DNA of 64,000 bases from Yuukianura sp. NJ FZ-2021 (lineage: Eukaryota). The first letter of the stretch is position 1. Every line of letters starts with the position of its first letter. Shown one piece after another: positions 28,801 through 40,193 of the stretch. The notes under the pieces are model-generated. The model saw nothing but the letters and a program-made list of their open reading frames with translations. It had not been told where the DNA came from and did not search any database. The position numbers and the translations under genes were made by a program. Where the stretch lies: NCBI GenBank assembly GCA_046563655.1, contig CM102287.1:10540001-10604000 (forward strand). The letters run 5' to 3'.

Positions 28801-31800
28801 ATCGTGTGGCATCAGCTTTGCTTTGACAAAAATTAAATCCCAACTTTTTCATCGTGTGCCATCACCTTTACTTTGACAAAAATTAAATCCCAACTTTTTC
28901 ATCGTGTGCCATCAGCTTTGCTTTGACAAAAATTAAATCAGAACCTTTTCATCGTGTGGCATCAGCTTTGCTTTGACAAAAATTAAATCCCAACTTTTTC
29001 ATCGTGTGCCATCACCTTTAATTTGACAAAAATTAAATCCCAACTTTTTCATCGTGAGCCATCACCTTTACTTTGACAAAAATTAAATCCCAAATTTTTC
29101 ATCGTGTGCCATCAGCTTTACTTTGACACAAATTAAATCCCAAATTTTTCATCGTGTGCCATCACCATTAATTTGACACAAATTAAATCCCAACTTTTTC
29201 ATCGTGTGCCATCACCTTTACTTTGACAAAAATTAAATCCCAACTTTTTCATCGTGTGCCATCACCTTTACTTTGACAAAAATTAAATCCCAACTTTTTC
29301 ATCGTGTGCCATCAGCTTTACTTTGACAAAAATTAAATCCCAACTTTTTCATCGTGTGGCATCAGCTTTGCTTTGACAAAAATTAAATCCCAACTTTTTC
29401 ATCGTGTGCCATCACCTTTAATTTGACAAAAATTAAATCCCAACTTTTTCATCGTGAGCCATCACCTTTACTTTGACAAAAATTAAATCCCAAATTTTTC
29501 ATCGTGTGCCATCAGCTTTACTTTGACACAAATTAAATCCCAACTTTTTCATCGTGTGCCATCACCATTAATTTGACACAAATTGAATCCCAACTTTTTC
29601 ATCGTGTGGCATCAGCTTTGCTTTGACAAAAATTAAATCCCAAATTTTTCATCGTGTGCCATCAGCTTTACTTTGACACAAATTAAATCCCAACTTTTTC
29701 ATCGTGTGCCATCAGCTTTGCTTTGACAAAAATTAAATCAGAACCTTTTCATCGTGTGGCATCAGCTTTGCTTTGACAAAAATTAAATCCCAACTTTTTC
29801 ATCGTGTGCCATCACCTTTAATTTGACAAAAATTAAATCCCAACTTTTTCATCGTGTGCCATCACCTTTACTTTGACAAAAATTAAATCCCAAATTTTTC
29901 ATCGTGTGCCATCAGCTTTACTTTGACACAAATTAAATCCCAAATTTTTCATCGTGTGCCATCACCATTAATTTGACACAAATTAAATCCCAACTTTTTC
30001 ATCGTGTGCCATCACCTTTACTTTGACAAAAATTAAATCCCAACTTTTTCATCGTGTGCCATCACCTTTAATTTGACAAAAATTAAATCCCAACTTTTTC
30101 ATCGTGTGCCATCACCTTTAATTTGACACAAATTAAATCCCAACTTTTTCATCGTTTTTTACTTTTTGCAGAAATGGGAACATACCTTTATACAAAATTT
30201 TGAAAATCTCACTTTTTGTACCAATGGAAACATGCCTTTAGACAAAATTTTGAAAATCTCACTTTTTGTACAAATGGAAACATGCCTTTAGACAAAATTT
30301 TGAAAATCTCACTTTTTGTACCAATGGGAACATACCCTTAGAGAAAATTCTGGAAATTACACTTTTTGTACCAATGGAAACTAAATCCCAACTTTTTCAT
30401 CGTGCGCCATCAGCTTTACTTTGACACAAATTAAATCCCAACTTTTTCATCGTGTGCCATCACCTTTAATTTGACAAAAATTAAATCCCAACTTTTTCAT
30501 CGTAAGCCATCACCTTTACTTTGACAAAAATTAAATCCCAAATTTTTCATCGTGTGCCATCAGCTTTACTTTGACACAAATTAAATCCCAAATTTTTCAT
30601 CGTGTGCCATCACCATTACTTTGACAAAACTTAAATCCCAACTTTTTCATCGTGTGCCATCACCTTTACTTTGACAAAAATTAAATCCCAACTTTTTCAT
30701 CGTGTGCCATCACCTTTAATTTGACAAAAATTAAATCCCAACTTTTTCATCGTGTGCCATCACCTTTAATTTGACAAAAATTAAATCCCAACTTTTTCAT
30801 CGTGTGCCATCACCTTTACTTTGACAAAAATTAAATCCCAACTTTTTCATCGTTTTTTACTTTTTGCAGAAATGGGAACATACCTTTATACAAAATTTTG
30901 AAAATCTCACTTTTTGTACCAATGGAAACATGCCTTTAGACAAAATTTTGAAAATCTCACTTTTTGTACAAATGGAAACATGCCTTTAGACAAAATTTTG
31001 AAAATCTCACTTTTTGTACCAATGGGAACATACCCTTAGAGAAAATTCTGGAAATTACACTTTTTGTACCAATGGAAACTAAATCCCAACTTTTTCATCG
31101 TGCGCCATCAGCTTTACTTTGACAAAAATTAAATCCCAACTTTTTCATCGTGTGCCATCAGCTTTGCTTTGACAAAAATTAAATCAGAACCTTTTCATCG
31201 TGTGCCATCACCTTTACTTTGACAAAAATTAAATCCCAACTTTTTCATCGTGTGCCATCACCTTTACTTTGACAAAAATTAAATCCCAACTTTTTCATCG
31301 TGTGCCATCACCTTTACTTTGACAAAAATTAAATCCCAAATTTTTCATCGTGTGCCATCAGCTTTACTTTGACACAAATTAAATCCCAACTTTTTCATCG
31401 TGTGCCATCACCATTACTTTGACACAAATTAAATCCCAACTTTTTCATCGTGTGCCATCACCTTTACTTTGACAAAAATTAAATCCCAACTTTTTCATCG
31501 TGTGCCATCACCTTTAATTTGACAAAAATTAAATCCCAACTTTTTCATCGTGTGCCATCACCTTTAATTTGACAAAAATTAAGTCCCAACTTTTTCATCG
31601 TTTTTTACTTTTTGCAGAAATGGGAACATACCTTTATACAAAATTTTGAAAATCTCACTTTTTGTACCAATGGAAACATGCCTTTAGACAAAATTTTGAA
31701 AATCTCACTTTTTGTACAAATGGAAACATGCCTTTAGACAAAATTTTGAAAATCTCACTTTTTGTACCAATGGGAACATACCCTTAGAGAAAATTCTGGA

Positions 31801-33470
31801 AATTACACTTTTTGTACCAATGGAAACTAAATCCCAACTTTTTCATCGTGCGCCATCAGCTTTACTTTGACACAAATTAAATCCCAACTTTTTCATCGTG
31901 TGCCATCACCTTTAATTTGACAAAAATTAAATCCCAACTTTTTCATCGTAAGCCATCACCTTTACTTTGACAAAAATTAAATCCCAAATTTTTCATCGTG
32001 TGCCATCAGCTTTACTTTGACACAAATTAAATCCCAAATTTTTCATCGTGTGCCATCACCATTACTTTGACAAAACTTAAATCCCAACTTTTTCATCGTG
32101 TGCCATCACCTTTACTTTGACAAAAATTAAATCCCAACTTTTTCATCGTGTGCCATCAGCTTTGCTTTGACAAAAATTAAATCCCAACCTTTTCATCGTG
32201 TGGCATCAGCTTTGCTTTGACAAAAATTAAATCCCAACTTTTTCATCGTGTGCCATCAGCTTTACTTTGACACAAATTAAATCCCAACTTTTTCATCGTG
32301 TGCCATCAGCTTTGCTTTGACAAAAATTAAATCCCAACTTTTTCATCGTGAGCCATCACCTTTACTTTGACAAAAATTAAATCCCAACTTTTTCATCGTG
32401 TGCCATCACCTTTAATTTGACAAAAATTAAATCCCAACTTTTTCATCGTGTGCCATCACCTTTACTTTGACAAAAATTAAATCCCAACTTTTTCATCGTT
32501 TTTTACTTTTTGCAGAAATGGGAACATACCTTTATACAAAATTTTGAAAATCTCACTTTTTGTACCAATGGAAACATGCCTTTAGACAAAATTTTGAAAA
32601 TCTCACTTTTTGTACAAATGGAAACATGCCTTTAGACAAAATTTTGAAAATCTCACTTTTTGTACCAATGGGAACATACCCTTAGAGAAAATTCTGGAAA
32701 TTACACTTTTTGTACCAATGGAAACTAAATCCCAACTTTTTCATCGTGCGCCATCAGCTTTACTTTGACAAATTAAATCCCAACTTTTTCATCGTGTGCC
32801 ATCACCTTTAATTTGACAAAAATTAAATCCCAAATTTTTCATCGTGTGCCATCAGCTTTACTTTGACACAAATTAAATCCCAACTTTTTCATCGTGTGCC
32901 ATCAGCTTTGCTTTGACAAAAATTAAATCCCAACTTTTTCATCGTGTGCCATCAGCTTTACTTTGACACAAATTAAATCCCAACTTTTTCATCGTGTGCC
33001 ATCAGCTTTGCTTTGACAAAAATTAAATCCCAACTTTTTCATCGTGTGCCATCAGCTTTGCTTTGACAAAAATTAAATCCCAACCTTTTCATCGTGTGGC
33101 ATCAGCTTTGCTTTGACAAAAATTAAATCCCAACTTTTTCATCGTGTGCCATCACCTTTACTTTGACAAAAATTAAATCCCAACTTTTTCATCGTGTGCC
33201 ATCAGCTTTGCTTTGACAAAAATTAAATCCCAACTTTTTCATCGTGTGCCATCAGCTTTGCTTTAACAGAAATTAAATCCCAAATTTTTCATCGTGTGCC
33301 ATCAGCTTTGCTTTGACAGAAATTAAATCCCAACTTTTTCATCGTGTGCCATCACCTTTACTTTGACAAAAATTAAATCCCAACTTTTTCATCGTGTGCC
33401 ATCACCTTTACTTTGACAAAAATTAAATCAAAACTGTTTTATCGTGCGCCAGCAGCTTTGCTTTGACAAA
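4790..33470 (+). repeat. ~28.7-kb satellite: 50-bp monomer A (tttactttgacaaaaattaaatcccaactttttcatcgtgtgccatcacc) punctuated by 17 cassettes of 50-bp monomer B (aaaattttgaaaatctcactttttgtaccaatggaaacatgcctttagac)
   Basis: Directly visible 50-bp period; B cassettes start near 6253, 9000, 10097, 12794, 14240, 15637, 17083, 18581, 20876, 23221, 25066, 26513, 28058, 30154, 30852, 31600, 32498. Confidence 0.98.
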
Positions 33471-33653
33471 TGCCCGTCACGCGTGACCTTTTGGCTTTGG
33501 AAGGCTAAAATTTGATACAAATGATGATAACATCAATCCTACCAACTGGTTAAAATTTTATTCGAATCGCAACTGATAGTGAATTCGTCTAGTTTTCGCT
33601 CAAACTCTTTTGCAATCGATTTTAAATTCGTGACTATGACTATGACGTAACTT

Positions 33654-33665
33654 GGTTAGGTTAGG
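33654..33665 (+). repeat. Short interstitial telomere-like tract GGTTAGGTTAGG
   Basis: Two TTAGG units immediately after the end of homology with 3703-3766. Confidence 0.5.
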
Positions 33666-33702
33666 AGTGAGTGAGCCATGTCTTGTTCACAGTATAGTAA
33701 TA

Positions 33703-33892
33703 CAGGGTAGGCCAAGATTAATAACAGCAAACTCAAGAAACCCATATTTTCAACACAGGAAGAGATTGGGGTTTGCGGAGCTGGCGATAACATGTGAGAG
33801 AATGGGAGAAAAACTCATTTCCTATCTCTCGCAATGTTAAAAACTAGGTTGAGAGCAAAAAATTTAGTTGTTATTAATCTTGGCCTACCCTG
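33703..33892. mobile_element. ~190-bp MITE with 24-bp perfect TIRs, probably Tc1/mariner-derived
   Basis: cagggtaggccaagattaataaca (33703-33726) and its exact reverse complement (33869-33892); TA on the left flank, CA on the right; no coding capacity. Confidence 0.8.
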
Positions 33893-34019
33893 CATACTCG
33901 ACACAATCACTTTTTGAGCTTTTCGGAAATGTTCGAAAGGGGTACCCTTCGTGTGAAAAAACATTTGTCTAATAGAGCGATAATTTTGCCATGTGGAGGA
34001 ATGATTCGTGGTGTAAAAA

Positions 34020-34305
34020 CACGTTAGGAATATTGTATAGTACTTTAGAAAATAGGGGTGAGGATTTTCCACAATAGGAATTGAACTTCAGCATTTTTTG
34101 CATTATAAGTCTGGTCCTGGTGTCACCTTTTTCCACACTAGGAATTTAACATTTCCCATTTTTGCATTAGAAGTTGAACATTAGGATTTTCTGTATTAGA
34201 AATTGAACATTATGATTCTCTTCATTAGGAATTGAACGTCAGGAATTTATGAATTAAGAATAGCCTGTATTTTAGTAAATTCCTAATGCGGAAAAATTCC
34301 TAACA
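34020..34305. repeat. Degenerate ~29-bp tandem repeat (ttaggaattgaac core)
   Basis: Recurrent attag(g/a)aattgaac motifs at 34073-34260, with inverted ttcctaa copies at 34280-34305. Confidence 0.5.
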
Positions 34306-34332
34306 TTAATCAGCAAAACTCCCCGCATAGTA

Positions 34333-34410
34333 CACTTCACTCAAGTGTATCCGCCGTATCTGCCAAATAGTCTCTTCTCTTTTCACTTCAAATGTTTTTG
34401 AGTGTGGAAA
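34333..34410 (+). repeat. ~80-bp dispersed direct repeat, copy 2
   Basis: Homologous to 3503-3586. Confidence 0.75.
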
Positions 34411-34759
34411 TTCTAGGAATTGACCTTTGATTTATTCATAATTTGGATTACGATTATCCATTGATCGTAATTGACTTTACTTAAATGCAGGAGGGTGACC
34501 TGGTCAATTCATAAAGTTAGAAAGGGACCACTTGTTGCTTCAACATTCCTCCAAATTCAGTCATTCAGCGAATCAGCTGACATTGCGCTTCAACGGGAAC
34601 GGACGTCAGACGTCACTGGAAAATAGACAAAGCAGTAAGTCAATTCACGAGTTTACGAATTATGAAAACACCCACTTGACTATTACTCTGTCATTTCTAG
34701 TTAAAACAGTCTATTCTGATCCATGTTTTTTATGAATAGAATCACCAGCTACTCTGAGT

Positions 34760-35953
34760 ATGGTTTTCATAGTGTGGGAACTTGGAACGACACTCTTCAC
34801 TTTGACGCACTTCCTTCTGGAAACTTTGACTGCTGGAACACTGCCTGCTATCACGGGATTCATCTTTGCTGCTATCCTTGCATATGGTGGGTGGAGAAGC
34901 ACAGACACATCAGACGACATTCCAGCTCCACCACAACCACCGTTCCTCATCACCATCAGACCCACAAATTCCCACCAAAACACGATCCACGACATCCGAC
35001 TCTTCTCTCCGCAGCCCTTCCTCTCTCGCCTCATTCACAACATCCACGCAACACAGTCTCCAAGGAACGCACCCAACACTACTCCGCCTCTCCCTTTCAC
35101 TGGCCACACTCTGCTCCTCTCTCTCCGCCATCTCGCCACACGACTCTTACGGTCTCTCCAAGGTTTTCCCACTACATACCTCCATCTTACAACTTTGAGT
35201 CGTCTCTTTCGGCAACAACAGAGGATGATACGAAGTGGGAATACTCACACTTCCTCTCCACAACGAAATGGGGACAGAGAAGGAACTTCGGAACACACAG
35301 ACAGACGGAGTGAAGTGGATTCAACAGAGTTAGGCACTCCCTTAGATCAGAGGAACAGAAATGAAGGAGAGTGTGGTGGGGCTGGAGGCCACCTCATCCG
35401 ATTCACTATCAAGTTTCTCAATGACACACAGCAGGAAGTGGTCGCAAGGGACACGGAAAAGATTGGGCACTTTAAAAGGTATTCCTCTCTCTTCCCTTTT
35501 ACTTTTCAAGTACTCGTTCAAGTGGATTGAATGCTCAAATCCTTTTGTTTCTTTGATAGGCGACACTTCAGCCAAGAGTTAAAGGACCAGAAGACAGTTC
35601 GTCTCATTTTCAATGGAAGAGTGATTGATGAGACTTTGAGGGTGAAGGACGTGGGTATCTTCGAGGATTGTGTCGTTCACTGCCTCACTGTATCTCCCAC
35701 CAGCCCCCCACCACCACCACGAGTGTGGAGTGGGGCAGAAGCGACGAGTGGACACAACGGACGGGGTGCAGAGTCGGGGTTGTGGTTCGTGGGATTCGTG
35801 GGTCTCCTTCTCATCGCTCTCTGGCTAGTCTGCTTCCACTTTGGACAACAACTGTTCGCTCCCAGTGCAGTCGTGTCCCTCTCCGTCCTCACCGGAATCT
35901 TCTTGATTGGTGTCGTCGCATTCTACCTCCCCGTCCATCCAAACAGACCTTGA
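34760..35953 (+). CDS. TMUB: Transmembrane and ubiquitin-like domain-containing protein (TMUB1/2 family); exons 34760-35478 and 35560-35953
   Basis: N-terminal hydrophobic segment ending WRST, ubiquitin-like domain IKFLNDTQQEVVARDTEKIGHFKR|RHFSQELKDQKTVRLIFNGR...CVVHC, two C-terminal TM helices; 81-nt GT-AG intron in phase. Confidence 0.85.
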
Positions 35954-36220
35954 TCCACTCACCAACTCATCAACTTACTTCCCGCAACATCTAACTATCC
36001 TTTCTCTTCTTCCTTGTCGCAAGTCAACTGAATAACGCAGTAGTTTCAACCCCTCTCACCAGTTCCAGTGAGCACCCAATAAATTCGTCAACTCGTTTCT
36101 AAAAACATTTCTCTATCCCCTTACTAAATCCCAGTCACAAATGACAAAAAAAGAGGATTCAGAGTATGGAAATGGCTTCTATACGTTAAAAGAGGAATAC
36201 TGCGGAAACAAAAAAAAATG

Positions 36221-36303
36221 AGGCTGAAGGGAGAGTTGAACACCCAACCTCTCGCTCACTTCCTTTTACTAGGCGAGCGCTCTAACCATTGAGCTATTCA
36301 GCC
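36221..36303 (-). tRNA. tRNA-Thr(AGT) with a 10-nt intron at the canonical 37/38 position
   Basis: Cloverleaf: acceptor GGCTGAA/TTCAGCC, D-arm GCTC/GAGC, anticodon stem CTCGC/GCGAG with loop CT-AGT-A[AAAGGAAGTG]A, T-arm GGGTG-TTCAACT-CTCCC (one T:T mismatch); followed by an oligo-T Pol III terminator. Confidence 0.8.
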
Positions 36304-36548
36304 AAGATGAGGACTCGACTTTCGTTTGCCTCTCATGATCCAATGTCCTGTCAAATAGTTGTGGTGGCTCTTTAGCGGATTAATTAATTTATGGGTGGAC
36401 AAATGGAAGTGGGGAATACGAACTGTGATGGGTTTTAGTAATAAGAATACACAAGTCCACTCCACAAACTCCGCCTAGGCCCTTTCCTTTTATTGATGCA
36501 TGAGTTGGATTGGAGTTGTGGCGGTTTTAAGGTTACGTGAGACTAATG

Positions 36549-38087
36549 TCAATGCTCTTTGTGGTGTTTGAGGGGGGATGAAATGGTGGAGCCCCAAAAG
36601 GGGGTCTCCCTACCTTCTTTGAGTGGACGTTGTGTAAGTTGGGGGGTGGATGACGGTGAGGGGTGAGTGGTTAGGACACTCTTGTGTCCACAACTGCGTC
36701 GATAACTCTGTCGGTAGAAGTTGGAGAAGAGGATGAGAAAGAGGAGACCATGGCAACCGATCCACCATACAAAGGCACGCGGATAGTCGCAGGAAATGAA
36801 GAGGAGCTGGAAGGCATGCGTGGCGATGAGCACAAACTGGACCTAGAGAAGGAGAGCCAGTCAGTTGTTGAATAATATTGAATGAGTGTGGTTGTTACCA
36901 TTTGGATGGAAGTCATGTACTTTTTCCACCAGATGAGTTTGTGCCATTGGGGTCCCATGGCAGAGACCATGTAGTAAAAGTACATGATGATGTGGACAAA
37001 GGTGTTGAGGAGGCCAAAGAAAGTGGAGTGGCCCCCAGGCGTGTACTTGACCCCAAACCAAACACTCATTGGCATCAACCCATGGTGAATGACGTGCAGA
37101 GTCGTGATCTGACTCTTCTTCTTCCGCAGCACAAAGAAAAACTACAAAGGATAGAGGGATTAATTGGGGAATTCCACTTTGGTTCCATTTAGTTTGATTA
37201 CCGTGTCCAAGAACTCCGTGTACTTGCTAAAGTAGTACCACCAACAGGCATGGACCATCTACAAATAGACACTTATTTAGAGACGGGAGTGAGTGCGCCA
37301 TGACAGGAGGAACGAACCCTGATGGCCATGTCGTCGTTGGAGTAGTCCACGGGTTGACATCGAAACGAGTAGCCATGGAACCATCCCCCGCGTCCGTACT
37401 AAAATCAACAAAAGACGGATTAGTGACTCTGTTGGTACATTTGCCTATCCTTTAGTGATTACAAAGGAAGTATTGCAAAAACTCATGCACCCCTTTGTGT
37501 CTCTTGTGACAATTGGGAACCAAGTCAGGGTCACTTATTCAAGTGAGGAGAAATGGCCAAGGTCATCAACACTTTCAATTCCAAGGAAAGGAATTGGTCA
37601 ATCGTTGCAAAATGACAACATCTCGTTGGGCTGAGAAGGACCTCACTAACCTCGATTGAAAATTGGGGGTGGCCTTGGACTTTCACTTTCGGTGGACAGG
37701 ACTAAGGGTTCTTCTATTTTTAGACTAGAGCCCTTGTGCAGGGACTGAAGTGACCTAAATGCCTGTTCCGCTTGTAAAGTTACCTCGTAGAAGAGCCATG
37801 CTGAGAAGATGACCTGGAGAGCGTTGTAGATGACGAGGACTTGTCTGAGGTCATATGGTGGACGATGTCGCATGAACCTTGGTCCGAGATCCTTGACAAT
37901 GAGAATGTAAGTGGAGCAGATGAGAAGTGTGGGGAGAGGGGAAGACATAAAGAGCCACTGGTCCACTCGCACATCTACAAAGAGACAACCAATTACAAGT
38001 TGAGACCAATTTCCAATGAACAACTACTGACTTATTAGTACCTCTGAGGTTGTGGATGTGGGTCAGGAATGCGTCTAGTCCCTCCAT
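36549..38087 (-). CDS. ELOVL: Very-long-chain fatty acid elongase (ELOVL1/7-like), copy 1, 6 exons
   Basis: WLFMSSPLPT, GPRFM..RPPY.L, GYSFRCQPVDYS, CWWYYFSKYTEFLDT, FFVLRKK.SQIT.LHVIHH (HxxHH), NTFVHIIMYFYY, WWKKYMTSIQMVQF, FLILFSNFY; GT-AG introns. Confidence 0.92.
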
Positions 38088-38855
38088 CGGACGCAGATCT
38101 TGTGCCTGTCGCTGTCCAATTCCAACTGATTCCGAGGACCAATGTGTTCACTTCAACGTCCAAAGTGAAAAGATGAGTAAGATGTGACCCTGCAAACCAA
38201 CAAAAGTAAAGTCTCCCTCTTCGTCAACAAAGGGGCAAAGTGGGTTATCCTTAACGTGGACTTTGGACATGAAATTGACCACACGAAACCTGTCCTTTAT
38301 ACACTTGATCACAACTGCTCCTACCACTTCTACTTTGTATCATTCCTCTCGTAAATTGGCCGTGGATTTTGGTTTCACTTCCCTTTTATATGAGAGGGAG
38401 TAGAGTTGGATTTTACCCTTGGAGGAGTTGGATCTTACTCCTCTGCAGTATTTATGTGAATCTCAACCCGGAGTGCGGACCGAGAGAGCGAACAAGCTGC
38501 TTTTGACAACTTCTGTGTTTGTCATTTCGTCTCTAGTCCAATCCAAGTGACCTTGGAGGCAAAAAACTCCTTTGGTTATATTTATAACTTTTCCTTTTCT
38601 GAGTGCGGACCGCGCGTGTAACAAAAATTCCGCCATAAAGTCACTATCGGAGGCTAATACTCGGAAAAGAGTAGAAACTGCAGATAGAGTTATCTGATTC
38701 TTAGACACTCCTATGTTTTGTACTTGACACAAAGTGCGGGAACCTAATTTAAATAGTTTAAGTTGTTAGATTTAACAAATCTACAATTCGATTACAAGAA
38801 AGCAATTACTAAATTAATTAGTAATGAAGAATAATTATCTGTTGCTTTGCTTCAG

Positions 38856-39527
38856 TTTGAATAACAACTTGTGCAACTGTTGTTATTCACTTGATCTGGA
38901 CCTGGAGGATTAGTGGAGGAAGACTCGTCTCCAATCAACTAAACGGTAACAATGTAACTTAAAAGGGAATCAGTTTTTACATGTGTTTTTATATCCTTAG
39001 GTCAGTTGGTTGTTAGCGATTAATGACTCGGACGACACTGACTTGGAGAACTTACAACTGGCCCTCAGCAGTCTCCTCAAGAACAACTTCCCACTTCAGA
39101 CGAGTGAGTGCTGTGAGTGTTTCCCTGTCCACTTAGTACTTTTCAATCATCATAGTGTTTCGTTTGTTTGTATTAGGTCTTTTACCGTTCAACCTCCAAC
39201 CTCATCTCAATTGAACCGGTGGAGAACTCCAAAAGAAGAATGAGGATGATGGACCCACAGTAGAGGAAGATGACAACGGACAGAGTGACGACAGGAGCAG
39301 TGGAAGCGAATATGCGGTTGTCGGTAATTGTCACAACCAATGAAGCTAAAGGAACTGGACGTTGTTATGAATTTGTCGCTGACTGTTGTGTTTTTTTAGA
39401 AGAGGGACTTTCTGTTTCATGTGGTGATGTGGACCAAGTGATTGAGGAAGTTGTTGTGTCGGAGGGTGAGAACATGAACATGACAAGTCCAGAGGAAGAA
39501 GAGGCTGAAGATGCCGCCGTCAGTTAG
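38856..39527 (+). pseudogene. Spliced-looking fragment of an unidentified gene with an acidic C-terminus, probably defective
   Basis: Exon-like blocks bounded by AG/GT (approx. 38856-38945, 39001-39103, 39178-39324, 39400-39527); the first block has stops in all three frames; no start or family motif recognised. Confidence 0.35.
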
Positions 39528-39577
39528 CCATGCTTCTTTCGACGAGATTCACTTAGGAGTGCATTAGGAGTAACCTA

Positions 39578-39984
39578 ATGTCAGACCGAGACGATTTGCT
39601 CAGTCGTCGATTCACGCCACATGACAACACGAGTATCAACATTGACTATTCCATCCAGCATCATAGTTCTCTCCAGGTTAGCTCATAACATCATAAACTA
39701 CAAATCCCGCAATGCCAAATAAAATGTCACTTTACCAGAACGCCCACCGTGGAATCGATGACATGCTGTCGCAGGGATACCAAATACTTGGGAATTTGCG
39801 TGATCAGGAGTGCATCCTGAAGCAAACGAAGACAAGGATTCTAAACTTTACAAACACTCTGGGACTATCTAACACCGTGATGCAGTTCATAGAACGCCGT
39901 GCATACCAAGACAAGTTTGTTCTCTACGGTGAGATGCTTCTCACACTAACCATCATCTTTTTCATTTACATGTACTTTCTCTAG
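39578..39984 (+). pseudogene. GOSR2: Golgi SNARE GOSR2/membrin, C-terminal half only; exons 39578-39676 and 39739-39984
   Basis: RDDLLSRRFT...HSSLQ|NAHRGIDDMLSQG..ILGNLRDQ...NTLGLSNTVM..IERRAYQDK plus a TM tail; the N-terminal ~100 aa are absent; Glu at a normally GG position (YGEM). Confidence 0.8.
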
Positions 39985-40193
39985 ATCTTTCTCCTAACTT
40001 CATCTGTGATTCATGTCCCTAACTTCTAAGCTTATTAAATCACAACATCCGTTTTCCTAAAATACGAGAAGATCTACCGGAGAGAATAAGTGATTGGAAT
40101 TAGTTGGATATTTGGTTTTAATCAAAGATACCTCGCCATGCCATCCACTGGAGTTTTAATGGAAACTAGTGTTTAATTAGTAATTGAAGTACA

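Noticed and set aside
4790..33470. CRISPR-like appearance of regular repeats with interspersed cassettes
   Set aside because: No unique spacers and no cas genes; eukaryotic context; it is a tandem satellite
38463..38732. 89-aa minus-strand ORF at the duplication breakpoint
   Set aside because: No recognisable domain or splice context; the region has a recurring gtgcgg motif about every 130 bp, suggesting degenerate repeat
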